Positions 36,738 through 44,344 of a stretch of DNA of 64,000 nucleotides are shown one piece after another. This stretch comes from an uncultured Gammaproteobacteria bacterium (GTDB lineage Bacteria; Patescibacteriota; Microgenomatia; PFEM01; JAPLYW01): assembly GCA_965230945.1 (NCBI GenBank), contig OZ246397.1:374284-438283 (forward strand), in the 5' to 3' direction. A program made the position numbers and the translations under genes. Each line of letters begins with the position of its first letter. The stretch's first letter is position 1. Under the pieces are notes generated by a model. That model saw only the letters and a program-made list of their open reading frames with translations, did no database searches and was not told where the DNA came from.

Positions 36738-37010
36738 TTGAGCGGAAAAAAACATTTTACGGCTGATGAAGCCAAAAAAATCGGCGAAGAGCTGGGTATT
36801 AAATGGGATAAGTTTGATGTTGAGCAGTTTAGACAAGGGATGGATGTGGAGTTAGAGCATGGCTTGGTTGACCCGCATACTAATGTCAGCAACGACGACC
36901 CTTTGGTCACCGGAAAAATTGCCCTGGCTCACCTTATTGAGTTTCCCGATTACTACACTAGGCTTGAAAAGATGGAAAGAGAAGCGGAAAATTATTGGAG
37001 TAAAAATTGA
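36738..37010 (+). CDS. DUF5661-like protein (TTG start after SD AAGGAGGTG)
   Basis: EQFRQGMDVELEHG..TGKIALAHLIEFPDYYTRL. Confidence 0.82.
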   Translation: MSGKKHFTADEAKKIGEELGIKWDKFDVEQFRQGMDVELEHGLVDPHTNVSNDDPLVTGKIALAHLIEFPDYYTRLEKMEREAENYWSKN

Positions 37011-37020
37011 ACTTTCGTCG

Positions 37021-37070
37021 TTTCCTCTCTCAATTCCTGCACAAATCTAAAATCTTCAAAAACCTTGATA
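37021..37070 (+). repeat. Junction J11 (truncated type-2 arm)
   Basis: 48/50 identical to 37991-38040; both differences are synonymous in the minus frame IKVFEDFRFVQELREE. Confidence 0.85.
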
Positions 37071-37135
37071 TAGGTAAAGCCCTTGATTTAGTAAATGGAC
37101 TTTATAAATCAGACTAACTTGAGTAGAATAAACAC

Positions 37136-37513
37136 ATGGTTAAAAACTTTCTTGCAGCATTAATTATTTTTCTTGGGATTGATTTTTTGTGGTTAGGGGT
37201 AATTGCCAAAAACTTCTATAATAAACATCTTGGAGCCTTTGAAAGAACTATTAGTTGGCCAGCCATTGTTTTGGTCTATCTACTTATTTCTCTAGGGATT
37301 GTGCTTTTTGTTTTGCCAAAGGTTGGTGGGAATGTAAAGCTGGCTCTTTTTTGGGGAGCGGTTTATGGTCTGATAGTCTATGGAGTGTATGACCTGACAA
37401 ACTTAGCCACTCTTAAAAATTGGTCATTAACAATGGTTATAACTGATATGCTTTGGGGAATGTTTATTTGTGGATTTACAAGTTTTGTTGTTACTTATTT
37501 TCTGAATAAATAA
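37136..37513 (+). CDS. DUF2177 membrane protein
   Basis: IDFLWLG..YGVYDLTNLATLKNW..DMLWG. Confidence 0.88.
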   Translation: MVKNFLAALIIFLGIDFLWLGVIAKNFYNKHLGAFERTISWPAIVLVYLLISLGIVLFVLPKVGGNVKLALFWGAVYGLIVYGVYDLTNLATLKNWSLTMVITDMLWGMFICGFTSFVVTYFLNK

Positions 37514-37514
37514 A

Positions 37515-37973
37515 ATGATTAAACTTATTGCCTCAATCATTGTCTGCCAACTAACTGGCATTATTGGAGCTATTTTTACTACTCCTTCTATTTCTGGTTG
37601 GTATGCCGGCCTTAACAAGCCTTTTTTTAATCCACCCAATTGGCTGTTTGGTCCAGTTTGGACACTGCTTTATTTATTAATGGGAATTTCCTTATATTTG
37701 GTTTGGAAACAAAAAGGTGGAGCAGAAATAAGAACAGCCTTAATCTTTTTTACGATTCAATTGGGGCTTAACACTCTTTGGTCAATAATCTTTTTTGGCA
37801 TGCGCTTACCTTCAGTTGCTTTTATTGAAATTCTTATTCTTTTGGTTTTTATAGTTTTAACTATCATCAAGTTTTTTCCGTTATCAAAAGTTTCAGCTTA
37901 TCTATTAATCCCTTATCTTTTATGGGTAAGTTTTGCGAGCCTTCTAAACTTTTACATTGTTAAGCTCAACTAG
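37515..37973 (+). CDS. TspO/MBR tryptophan-rich sensory protein (second copy)
   Basis: WYAGLNKPFFNPPNWLFGPVWTLLYLLMG; LLIPYLLWVSFA. Confidence 0.92.
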   Translation: MIKLIASIIVCQLTGIIGAIFTTPSISGWYAGLNKPFFNPPNWLFGPVWTLLYLLMGISLYLVWKQKGGAEIRTALIFFTIQLGLNTLWSIIFFGMRLPSVAFIEILILLVFIVLTIIKFFPLSKVSAYLLIPYLLWVSFASLLNFYIVKLN

Positions 37974-38105
37974 GGAACTTATTTTTGCTATTTCCTCTCT
38001 CAATTCCTGCACAAACCTGAAATCTTCAAAAACCTTGATAATATGGGAAAAACTCTTGGTTATATTAAGGTTACGCTCTTCGAGCTAGTTAGAACTTAAT
38101 ATACC
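37944..38105 (+). repeat. Junction J12 (type-2 arm + GAGCTAG core + trailer shared with J10)
   Basis: Minus frame from the core LEERNLNITKSFSHIIKVFEDFRFVQELREEI; trailer GAGCTAGTTAGAACTTAATATACC vs J10 GAGCCAGTTGGAACTTAATATACC. Confidence 0.85.
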
Positions 38106-38305
38106 TAAAAATTGAAAATTTATGCAAATACCTGATTTAACCAAAGTAACCTGGCACCAGAGGGGCCACGTTCAGGAAGGATAGTTCTTCTTTTTGGCTT
38201 GGCCAAACACGGTTGGTTGGAATTCCATACTTGGTTTTAAAGCTATCATCAATCTTTATATTTTTGTAAGAGTGGATTTGATAGATTTAATGCTGGAGAA
38301 CTTTT

Positions 38306-38575
38306 ATGTTTAAGAATATTATCGCCCCCGTTCAGGCGTGGTTGCTTTCTCAAGGACGATGTGATGGTTGTGGTATGTACCTAAGAGAAGAAAAGATGAG
38401 AAGACAAAAAAATGGAATAAAGAGAATATCTTGCAGGTGTGGGCGAGTGTTTGTCTATAACCAAAAAACAAAAAAATATCATCGAATTTCCCCAAGAACA
38501 GGCTTTTATAAAAAGAGAAGAAAGTTTAGAGAACCCAGTGTTAGAAGCAAGCCATTAGTTGTCATGGGTGAATGA
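38306..38575 (+). CDS. Small basic zinc-ribbon protein
   Basis: CDGC and CRC motifs; SD GGAG upstream. Confidence 0.7.
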   Translation: MFKNIIAPVQAWLLSQGRCDGCGMYLREEKMRRQKNGIKRISCRCGRVFVYNQKTKKYHRISPRTGFYKKRRKFREPSVRSKPLVVMGE

Positions 38576-38660
38576 GGTATAAGTTAGGGCAAAGAAACGA
38601 TTAGGAGATGGACTCTTATGTTAAAATAATATTTTAGCGTTAGAGAGGATTAGATAAATC

Positions 38661-39335
38661 ATGAGAGTCTTATTAATAGAAGACAATATAGAATTAGCGG
38701 ATATTACTGCACTGAATTTAAAAAAACACGGTTTTGCTGTAGATGTAGCCTATTCGGGAGATGAGGCGCTTCGCCTGTTTGAAGGTAATGGGGAATATGA
38801 TGTTGTAATTTTGGATTTAATTCTGCCTGATATTGAGGGGACAAAACTATTGCAAGATTTAAAATCGATGGTACAGAGTATTCCAGTGCTAGCTTTAACT
38901 GCCAGAGATGGCGAGGAAGATAGGGTTAACGGCATCCAAATGGGCTTTGATGATTATATGACCAAGCCGTTCTCTCATTATGAGTTAGCGGCAAGACTGA
39001 GGTTATTGATTCGTTCGCGACCTCATCAAGCTGGCGAAATAATAAAAATAGGTCCTCTCCAAATAAATTATAAAGAACAAACCACACTCATGAATGGACT
39101 TTCGGTAAAACTTACCCTCAACGAATTTCGCTTACTCCATTTTTTAGTAGAACATAAAGGCCAAGTAGTACCGATTGAGAAACTTATAAAATCAGTGTGG
39201 GACAGGAATGGAACTAATGAAAACGGAAAAGTTATTACCACTGTTTCAAGAGTGCGGGCAAAGATTGGTGACCACCGGAAAAAGATCATTAGAACTTATA
39301 AGAATGGCTATATTTTAGGAGAAACCAATGGTTAA
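38661..39335 (+). CDS. OmpR-family response regulator
   Basis: LLIED, VILDLILPD, LTARD, DDYMTKPF, winged-helix C-terminus. Confidence 0.93.
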   Translation: MRVLLIEDNIELADITALNLKKHGFAVDVAYSGDEALRLFEGNGEYDVVILDLILPDIEGTKLLQDLKSMVQSIPVLALTARDGEEDRVNGIQMGFDDYMTKPFSHYELAARLRLLIRSRPHQAGEIIKIGPLQINYKEQTTLMNGLSVKLTLNEFRLLHFLVEHKGQVVPIEKLIKSVWDRNGTNENGKVITTVSRVRAKIGDHRKKIIRTYKNGYILGETNG

Positions 39336-40038
39336 AAAACTTTTATTCATTGAAGATGAAGAGGAGTTCGCCAAGGTAGTTGCTTCATATTTAAGGAAGA
39401 AGGGGTTTAGTATTGTTCATGCTTTTTCAGGGCAGCAAGGATTACGTGAGCTGCAAAAGAACTCATACGACCTGGTGATTTTAGATTTGGGCTTACCTGA
39501 TGAAGATGGACTTAAGATGTGCGAAAAAATTAGAGAGAAAGAAACAACCCCAATTCTTATTCTTACCGCTAGGGATGGGTTTGAGGACAAAGTAGCCGGG
39601 CTTAACTTGGGTGCTGATGATTACCTAGTGAAGCCTGTTTCTCTAAGAGAGCTTGTGGTTAGGATCGAGCGAGTGCTTGATAGGGATTTGAAGACTAAAT
39701 TTCGTTCTTCAGTTTTTCAATTTGGGGGGCTAAAGTTCGACACAGTCACAGGTAAATTAACCTTAGAAGGTAAATCTGTGATGCTGACAAGAAAAGAAAA
39801 AACGGTTTTGGAGTATCTATTTCTGAAGAAAGGACAAGTCTTAACCAGAATGGAAATTATGGACCATGTTTGGGGTGACGATATTGATTTGTTGTCAAAC
39901 ATGCCCAATATGGTAATAAGTTCTCTGAGAAGGAAGTTGGAACGGCTGTCTAGGAGGAATTTTATCCAATCGGTACATGGGCTAGGATATAAGTTTGAGA
40001 TTGAAGGTTTGAGCAGTAGGGAGAAAAAACATGACTGA
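39328..40038 (+). CDS. OmpR-family response regulator
   Basis: IEDE, VILDLGLPD, GADDYLVKP, IQSVHGLGY. Confidence 0.93.
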   Translation: MVKKLLFIEDEEEFAKVVASYLRKKGFSIVHAFSGQQGLRELQKNSYDLVILDLGLPDEDGLKMCEKIREKETTPILILTARDGFEDKVAGLNLGADDYLVKPVSLRELVVRIERVLDRDLKTKFRSSVFQFGGLKFDTVTGKLTLEGKSVMLTRKEKTVLEYLFLKKGQVLTRMEIMDHVWGDDIDLLSNMPNMVISSLRRKLERLSRRNFIQSVHGLGYKFEIEGLSSREKKHD

Positions 40039-41872
40039 TAAAGAACGAGTGCGCGATCTGATTGAAATAATCCACTTTACAGAGAATGTTTCTACGAAGA
40101 TATGTAACGTATTGGACGAAATGGAGATTTATAGAACCGTGATAGAGGAATTTAAAAAATCAAAACGGTACTCCACCAGCATTGCGTTGTTAACAGATGA
40201 CAAGTCAAAGCTAAGGATCGTGGGGATATCATTAACTTCTGAGAAGCTGAAGAGAAGGGAAAGGGCGGTCGGGCTCCAGTTGAAAAAGTACCAAATCGAC
40301 TTAGGTAAATCAAGTATCTACCGTCAGGTCGTAAGGGAAGGAAAAACTATCCAAGCCAAGGATAGCGATATAATAGACGAGTTGCTTCCACAACCACTAG
40401 CCTATCTAATATCAAAAACAATGGGCTATGAGAAGAAGAGAAGTATCTTGACGCCCTTGAGACGGAATAGAGAAATTATAGGTGTCTTCGCTATGTCTTC
40501 CACAGAACTGTCAGATTGTTTGATTCCCTCTGTGAAGAATTTCACCCGACACATTTCGGCTGCTCTGGAGTTAGCTGATGAATGTGCCCAGCGCAAGCGA
40601 ATAGAAGAAGCCCTGCGAAAAGCTCATAGTGAGTTAGAAAGGAAGGTTGAGGAGCGAACTACGGAACTTTTAAAATCCAATTTGCTTCTGAAACAGGAGA
40701 TTGCCGAACGTAAACGGGCAGAAAAAGCCTTAGGAGAGAGTGAAAAGCGTTACCGCATACTTGCCGAGTCAGCAGAGGATTTTATTTTTATAGTCAGTAG
40801 TAAGGGGCATATCCAGTATCTTAACTCTTCAGCTGCGAGGATATTAAAATCTTCGGTGAAAAAGATTACCTGTAAGTCTATAGAAGAAATTTTTCCCTTA
40901 AAGGAATTCAAAAAATTTAAAAACAATCTGAAATTGGTTTTTAAATTGGGCAAACCTATTTTAACCATTGGTAAGATAACTATAAATAACAAAAAACTCT
41001 GGCTGGAGACTCGGTTAGCACCCTTCATAAATAATGGAAAGATAGAAGCAGTGATGGGTATCTCACGGGACATAACGGAACACAAACAGGCAGAGAGGGC
41101 GTTAAAAAAGAGCAAAGAACAGCTTAAGGCGTACTCCGAGGTTTTGGAAAAAACAGTTGAAGAAAGAACAGAGAGATTAAGCCTCATCGTTGAGTCTCAA
41201 AAGGAATTTATCGCTGGAGTCGGCCATGAAATAAGAACTCCTCTCTCAGTTATAAAAGCAGTCATCGAGGCGGGGTTGGATGGTAACGGTGTCCTCTTTA
41301 CAACTGAACAATTAACCCTTGTGGATAAGAAGGTAGATCAAATTACAAAGATTCTAAAAAACTTACTATTAATGTCTAGGCTGGATCTCGGTCAAGAACA
41401 AGTTCAAAAAACAACATTTAAGATGGAGTACTTAATGAAAGAAGTTTTAAGTGATGTAGTTAGTGAAGTTGAAAGAAACGGTATAAATCCAGATGTAAAG
41501 ATTAGTTGCCGCAAAGATATTAAGCTAGTTGGTGATAGGGAGAAATTATATATAGTGATGAGAAATTTACTAAATAATGCAGTATCCCATTCGGATTATA
41601 AACCCCGTATTTCTTTGAAAGTAGAAAGATATGAGGATAGCATTCAAATAACTATTAAGGATAATAATCAGCCATTACTAAAGGAAGAGCTACCAAAACT
41701 TTTTGAGAAGTTTTATAGAATCAAAAAAACGAAAAATAGAAGCTCTAGTTTAGGACTGGGATTATATATTTCTAAAAAACTGGTTGAGCTTATGGGGGGT
41801 AAAATCTGTGCGGAAAGTAAAAACGATGGTAATAGTTTCGTTGTCCAGCTCCCGATTCCCCAAGTCTCCTGA
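40031..41872 (+). CDS. Cytoplasmic GAF/PAS sensor histidine kinase
   Basis: PAS/PAC (GISRDITEHK), H-box GHEIRTPL, NLLNNA, FEKFYR, GLGLYIS. Confidence 0.92.
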   Translation: MTDKERVRDLIEIIHFTENVSTKICNVLDEMEIYRTVIEEFKKSKRYSTSIALLTDDKSKLRIVGISLTSEKLKRRERAVGLQLKKYQIDLGKSSIYRQVVREGKTIQAKDSDIIDELLPQPLAYLISKTMGYEKKRSILTPLRRNREIIGVFAMSSTELSDCLIPSVKNFTRHISAALELADECAQRKRIEEALRKAHSELERKVEERTTELLKSNLLLKQEIAERKRAEKALGESEKRYRILAESAEDFIFIVSSKGHIQYLNSSAARILKSSVKKITCKSIEEIFPLKEFKKFKNNLKLVFKLGKPILTIGKITINNKKLWLETRLAPFINNGKIEAVMGISRDITEHKQAERALKKSKEQLKAYSEVLEKTVEERTERLSLIVESQKEFIAGVGHEIRTPLSVIKAVIEAGLDGNGVLFTTEQLTLVDKKVDQITKILKNLLLMSRLDLGQEQVQKTTFKMEYLMKEVLSDVVSEVERNGINPDVKISCRKDIKLVGDREKLYIVMRNLLNNAVSHSDYKPRISLKVERYEDSIQITIKDNNQPLLKEELPKLFEKFYRIKKTKNRSSSLGLGLYISKKLVELMGGKICAESKNDGNSFVVQLPIPQVS

Positions 41873-42246
41873 GAGAGGAAACCAATCAATATAGTCTCCT
41901 TTATACTTTTGTAAGGACTGTTTTGGGATACTTCGTAGTATGAGTAGAAGAACAATGGCCACAGCAACTCCTAGAAGCTTTAATATCCCAATAGACAAGT
42001 TAACTAAGAAAACTGGAGTCACTTCTTTGATTGAGACAAAGATTTCCAAAAATATCCCTCGCAGGGTGAAAGAAAGTCTTTTTGCCCAAATTATAATGTT
42101 TCTTTTTCATGAACCCTTATGAGTTGCCGTCTTAAAATCTGATTCAAAATTGCGGGTCCCAGGTTGGAATACAACCCACCCCAGGTTTTGGGGAGACATT
42201 AAAAACAAGACTTCCTACTTGGGACCCGGTTGATTGTTGTGAGAAG

Positions 42247-42277
42247 ACTAGTTCGAACATCGTCCACGATAGGGAAG
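42247..42277 (+). repeat. Junction J13 (type-1 arm, distal end of array)
   Basis: ACTAGTTCGAACATCGTCCACGATAGGGAAG. Confidence 0.88.
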
Positions 42278-42445
42278 TATAAAATAAAACCAGGCTTAGA
42301 TGATTTTTGGCTTTAAAATAGTTGCTTATTTCTTTTTTTTAGTTTTTTTGATACAATTTGTCGTTGTAAATATTTTTGAGTAGTTTTCTTTCGGCTTCTA
42401 TAGTTTCCAGAGAAGCCTTCTCAATTAGGAAAGGAGGTGAATAAA

Positions 42446-42700
42446 TTGAATAGTAAACTCTATGTTGGCAATCTTGATTATGCTCTTACTGGTGATCAGT
42501 TAGGAGAATTATTCGCTCAGGCAGGTAAAGTTGTAAGTGCTGTCGTCATTAGTGATAAATACTCAGGTCGATCAAAAGGTTTCGGCTTCGTTGAAATGAG
42601 TAGCGAAGAAGAAGCAAAAAAAGCAATCGAAATGTTTAATGAAAAAGAATTTCAAGGACGAAATATGGTGGTAAATGAAGCTCGACCACAAAAGGTTTAA
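42446..42700 (+). CDS. RRM-domain RNA-binding protein (TTG start after SD AAGGAGGTG)
   Basis: RNP2 LYVGNL, RNP1 KGFGFVEM, VNEARP. Confidence 0.93.
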   Translation: MNSKLYVGNLDYALTGDQLGELFAQAGKVVSAVVISDKYSGRSKGFGFVEMSSEEEAKKAIEMFNEKEFQGRNMVVNEARPQKV

Positions 42701-42896
42701 ATCAATTAGCTCCACGTTCAAATATTCCTTAACTTAGACTCAAGACTTGTTTCCATCTTCCTTTATGATAGGAAGTGGTTAGGTGCTGGCATTAACATTG
42801 CTTAAGTTTTATAAAATTGCCTGTTGAGGTAAAATAAAAGCTGATAGAAAACGAAAACCCTTTTTATAAAATAGAAATTTTAGTATACTAAGTTAA

Positions 42897-43181
42897 ATGG
42901 TCAAAAGAAGTTGGGAATTTAAATTAATTATTATTTTAATCTTATTAGTGATTGCTGGTGGAACTTGTCTTTATTTTTGGTACGGCGGTACTAGTAAACT
43001 ACGTCAGGAAGCTAGGGAAGTGATTAAAGAGGCAAAAAGCTATATTGCTCTAAAGGAATATCTTGGTCAGGAATACGATCGTTGTCAGGAATTTATTGCT
43101 CAAAAAGAAGGTGACTTTGGTAGCTTTCAATATTGTCAGGGCTTTATTGAATGGGCAAATGAAGCTCCTCTGCTTGATTAA
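42897..43181 (+). CDS. Small membrane-anchored hypothetical protein
   Basis: N-terminal TM helix, two cysteines; TATACT just upstream. Confidence 0.6.
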   Translation: MVKRSWEFKLIIILILLVIAGGTCLYFWYGGTSKLRQEAREVIKEAKSYIALKEYLGQEYDRCQEFIAQKEGDFGSFQYCQGFIEWANEAPLLD

Positions 43182-43702
43182 ATTCTTCCGTAGTCATCTT
43201 GGATTCTTATTTCGTCTTCTTCATTAGAGGGGTTTTGAGGATCAAGATGTTCCCATATTTCCGCTACCAAGCCATAATTATCATTTAAGCCAACTAAACG
43301 ATGCCTTTTTCTATCTGGAATTTTAATCACTTCTCCTTCTTTTTTAATTTCCATTTGTTCTTGAGGCGGGATTTCATCGGTGTCGTTTAGAAGAACTCCT
43401 ACGGGAGATAATATCTTCCAGATTTCTGATCTTCTTTTATGCCATTGCCACGAAAGACGTTGTTTTGGGGCGATAAGTAATATTTTAGGACTTAAATTTA
43501 ATGTTTGTTTTTCTATTTTAGGGAAGAATAGAGATAAAAAGAGATCTAATTTTTCGACTTTGATATTCCAGAAGGCCCCCCAGGGACGCTGAAGGTCTTT
43601 TTTAGTAAAGTCCAGACCGATTTCTTTAAGCCAGGTTTCTATTTTTTTAATAGCTTCTTGTTTGGGGATCTTTGCAAATTGAGGGATATTTACTTTTTCC
43701 AT
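43178..43702 (-). CDS. Cupin protein, type II mannose-6-phosphate isomerase-like
   Basis: RPWG, RLSWQWHKRRSEIW, HRL, EIRIQDDYGR. Confidence 0.82.
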   Translation of the reverse strand: MEKVNIPQFAKIPKQEAIKKIETWLKEIGLDFTKKDLQRPWGAFWNIKVEKLDLFLSLFFPKIEKQTLNLSPKILLIAPKQRLSWQWHKRRSEIWKILSPVGVLLNDTDEIPPQEQMEIKKEGEVIKIPDRKRHRLVGLNDNYGLVAEIWEHLDPQNPSNEEDEIRIQDDYGRI

Positions 43703-43768
43703 GCTTTTTATTATAGCATGGGTATTGCAGAATAGTAGGTAATCACTGTACCATATAGAGAAATTAGT

Positions 43769-44344
43769 ATGAAAAGAAAAGTAAGTTTAATCTTAGTTAG
43801 ACACGGCGAAACTAAAGGCAATGTCAATGATATTTTAATAGGTCATGGTGATAGTCCGTTTACCGAATTAGGCAAGAAACAAAATAGGGCAGTGGCTAGA
43901 CAGTTGAAAAAAGAAAAGATTAATGCTCTTTATTCTTCTCCTTTAGGTAGGGCTGAAAAAACAGCCGAAATAATTGTAGAGGAACTAGACGGTTTAAAAA
44001 TTAAGATAGAGCCTCTTCTGATAGAGAGAGATTTTGGTGCTTTGACCGGTAAACATAAAAACGAAATGTCTAAATATAGTTCTAAAATTCTTAAAAGAGA
44101 CAAAGTTGATTATTTTTTAGAGGCTAAAAATTCAGAGACGTTCCCTCAACTGTTAAAAAGAGCATATAAAGTAGTAGAAAAGATGGAGAAAAACTACCCT
44201 CGTCAAACAGTTTTACTAGTTACCCATGGGGATATCGGTAAAATGATTCAAGCTGCTTATTATGGCTGGGATTGGCAAAAAGGAATAGAGGCTCCTTACT
44301 TTGGTCACGATGATATTTTGAAGCTAATTCCCAAGAATGAGTAA
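43769..44344 (+). CDS. Histidine phosphatase family protein
   Basis: LVRHGET, SSPLGRA, ERDFG, LVTHG. Confidence 0.92.
   Translation: MKRKVSLILVRHGETKGNVNDILIGHGDSPFTELGKKQNRAVARQLKKEKINALYSSPLGRAEKTAEIIVEELDGLKIKIEPLLIERDFGALTGKHKNEMSKYSSKILKRDKVDYFLEAKNSETFPQLLKRAYKVVEKMEKNYPRQTVLLVTHGDIGKMIQAAYYGWDWQKGIEAPYFGHDDILKLIPKNE

Larger units (their letters stand above)
29770..42277 (+). mobile_element. tRNA-Asn-anchored tandem gene-cassette array (integron-like accretion island, about 13 units)
   Basis: Recurrent junctions repeating the tRNA 3' core (G)GAG and often its trailer, each preceded by a conserved arm; mostly 1-3 genes between junctions. Confidence 0.8.

Noticed and set aside
36627-37121. 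11-bp inverted repeat CAAGTTAGTCT / AGACTAACTTG flanking the DUF5661 gene
   Set aside because: No target duplication or transposase; could be chance or a regulator site; insufficient support
41762-42122. ORFs 41762-42049 (-) and 41940-42122 (+)
   Set aside because: No recognisable family, and the first overlaps the kinase end; may be a decayed gene but cannot be supported
30150-42277. CRISPR array interpretation of the ~33-bp repeats
   Set aside because: The intervening sequences are 0.4-4 kb and contain whole genes; spacing is irregular; no cas genes in the window
29770-42277. Classical integron or prophage/IS
   Set aside because: No IntI tyrosine recombinase, transposase or phage gene seen; junctions lack canonical GTTRRRY ends and instead copy the tRNA 3' end
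42706-42810. TAGCTCC (inverted GGAGCTA core) after the RRM gene as an inverted junction
   Set aside because: Only a 7-bp match, and the adjacent frame resembles neither arm peptide
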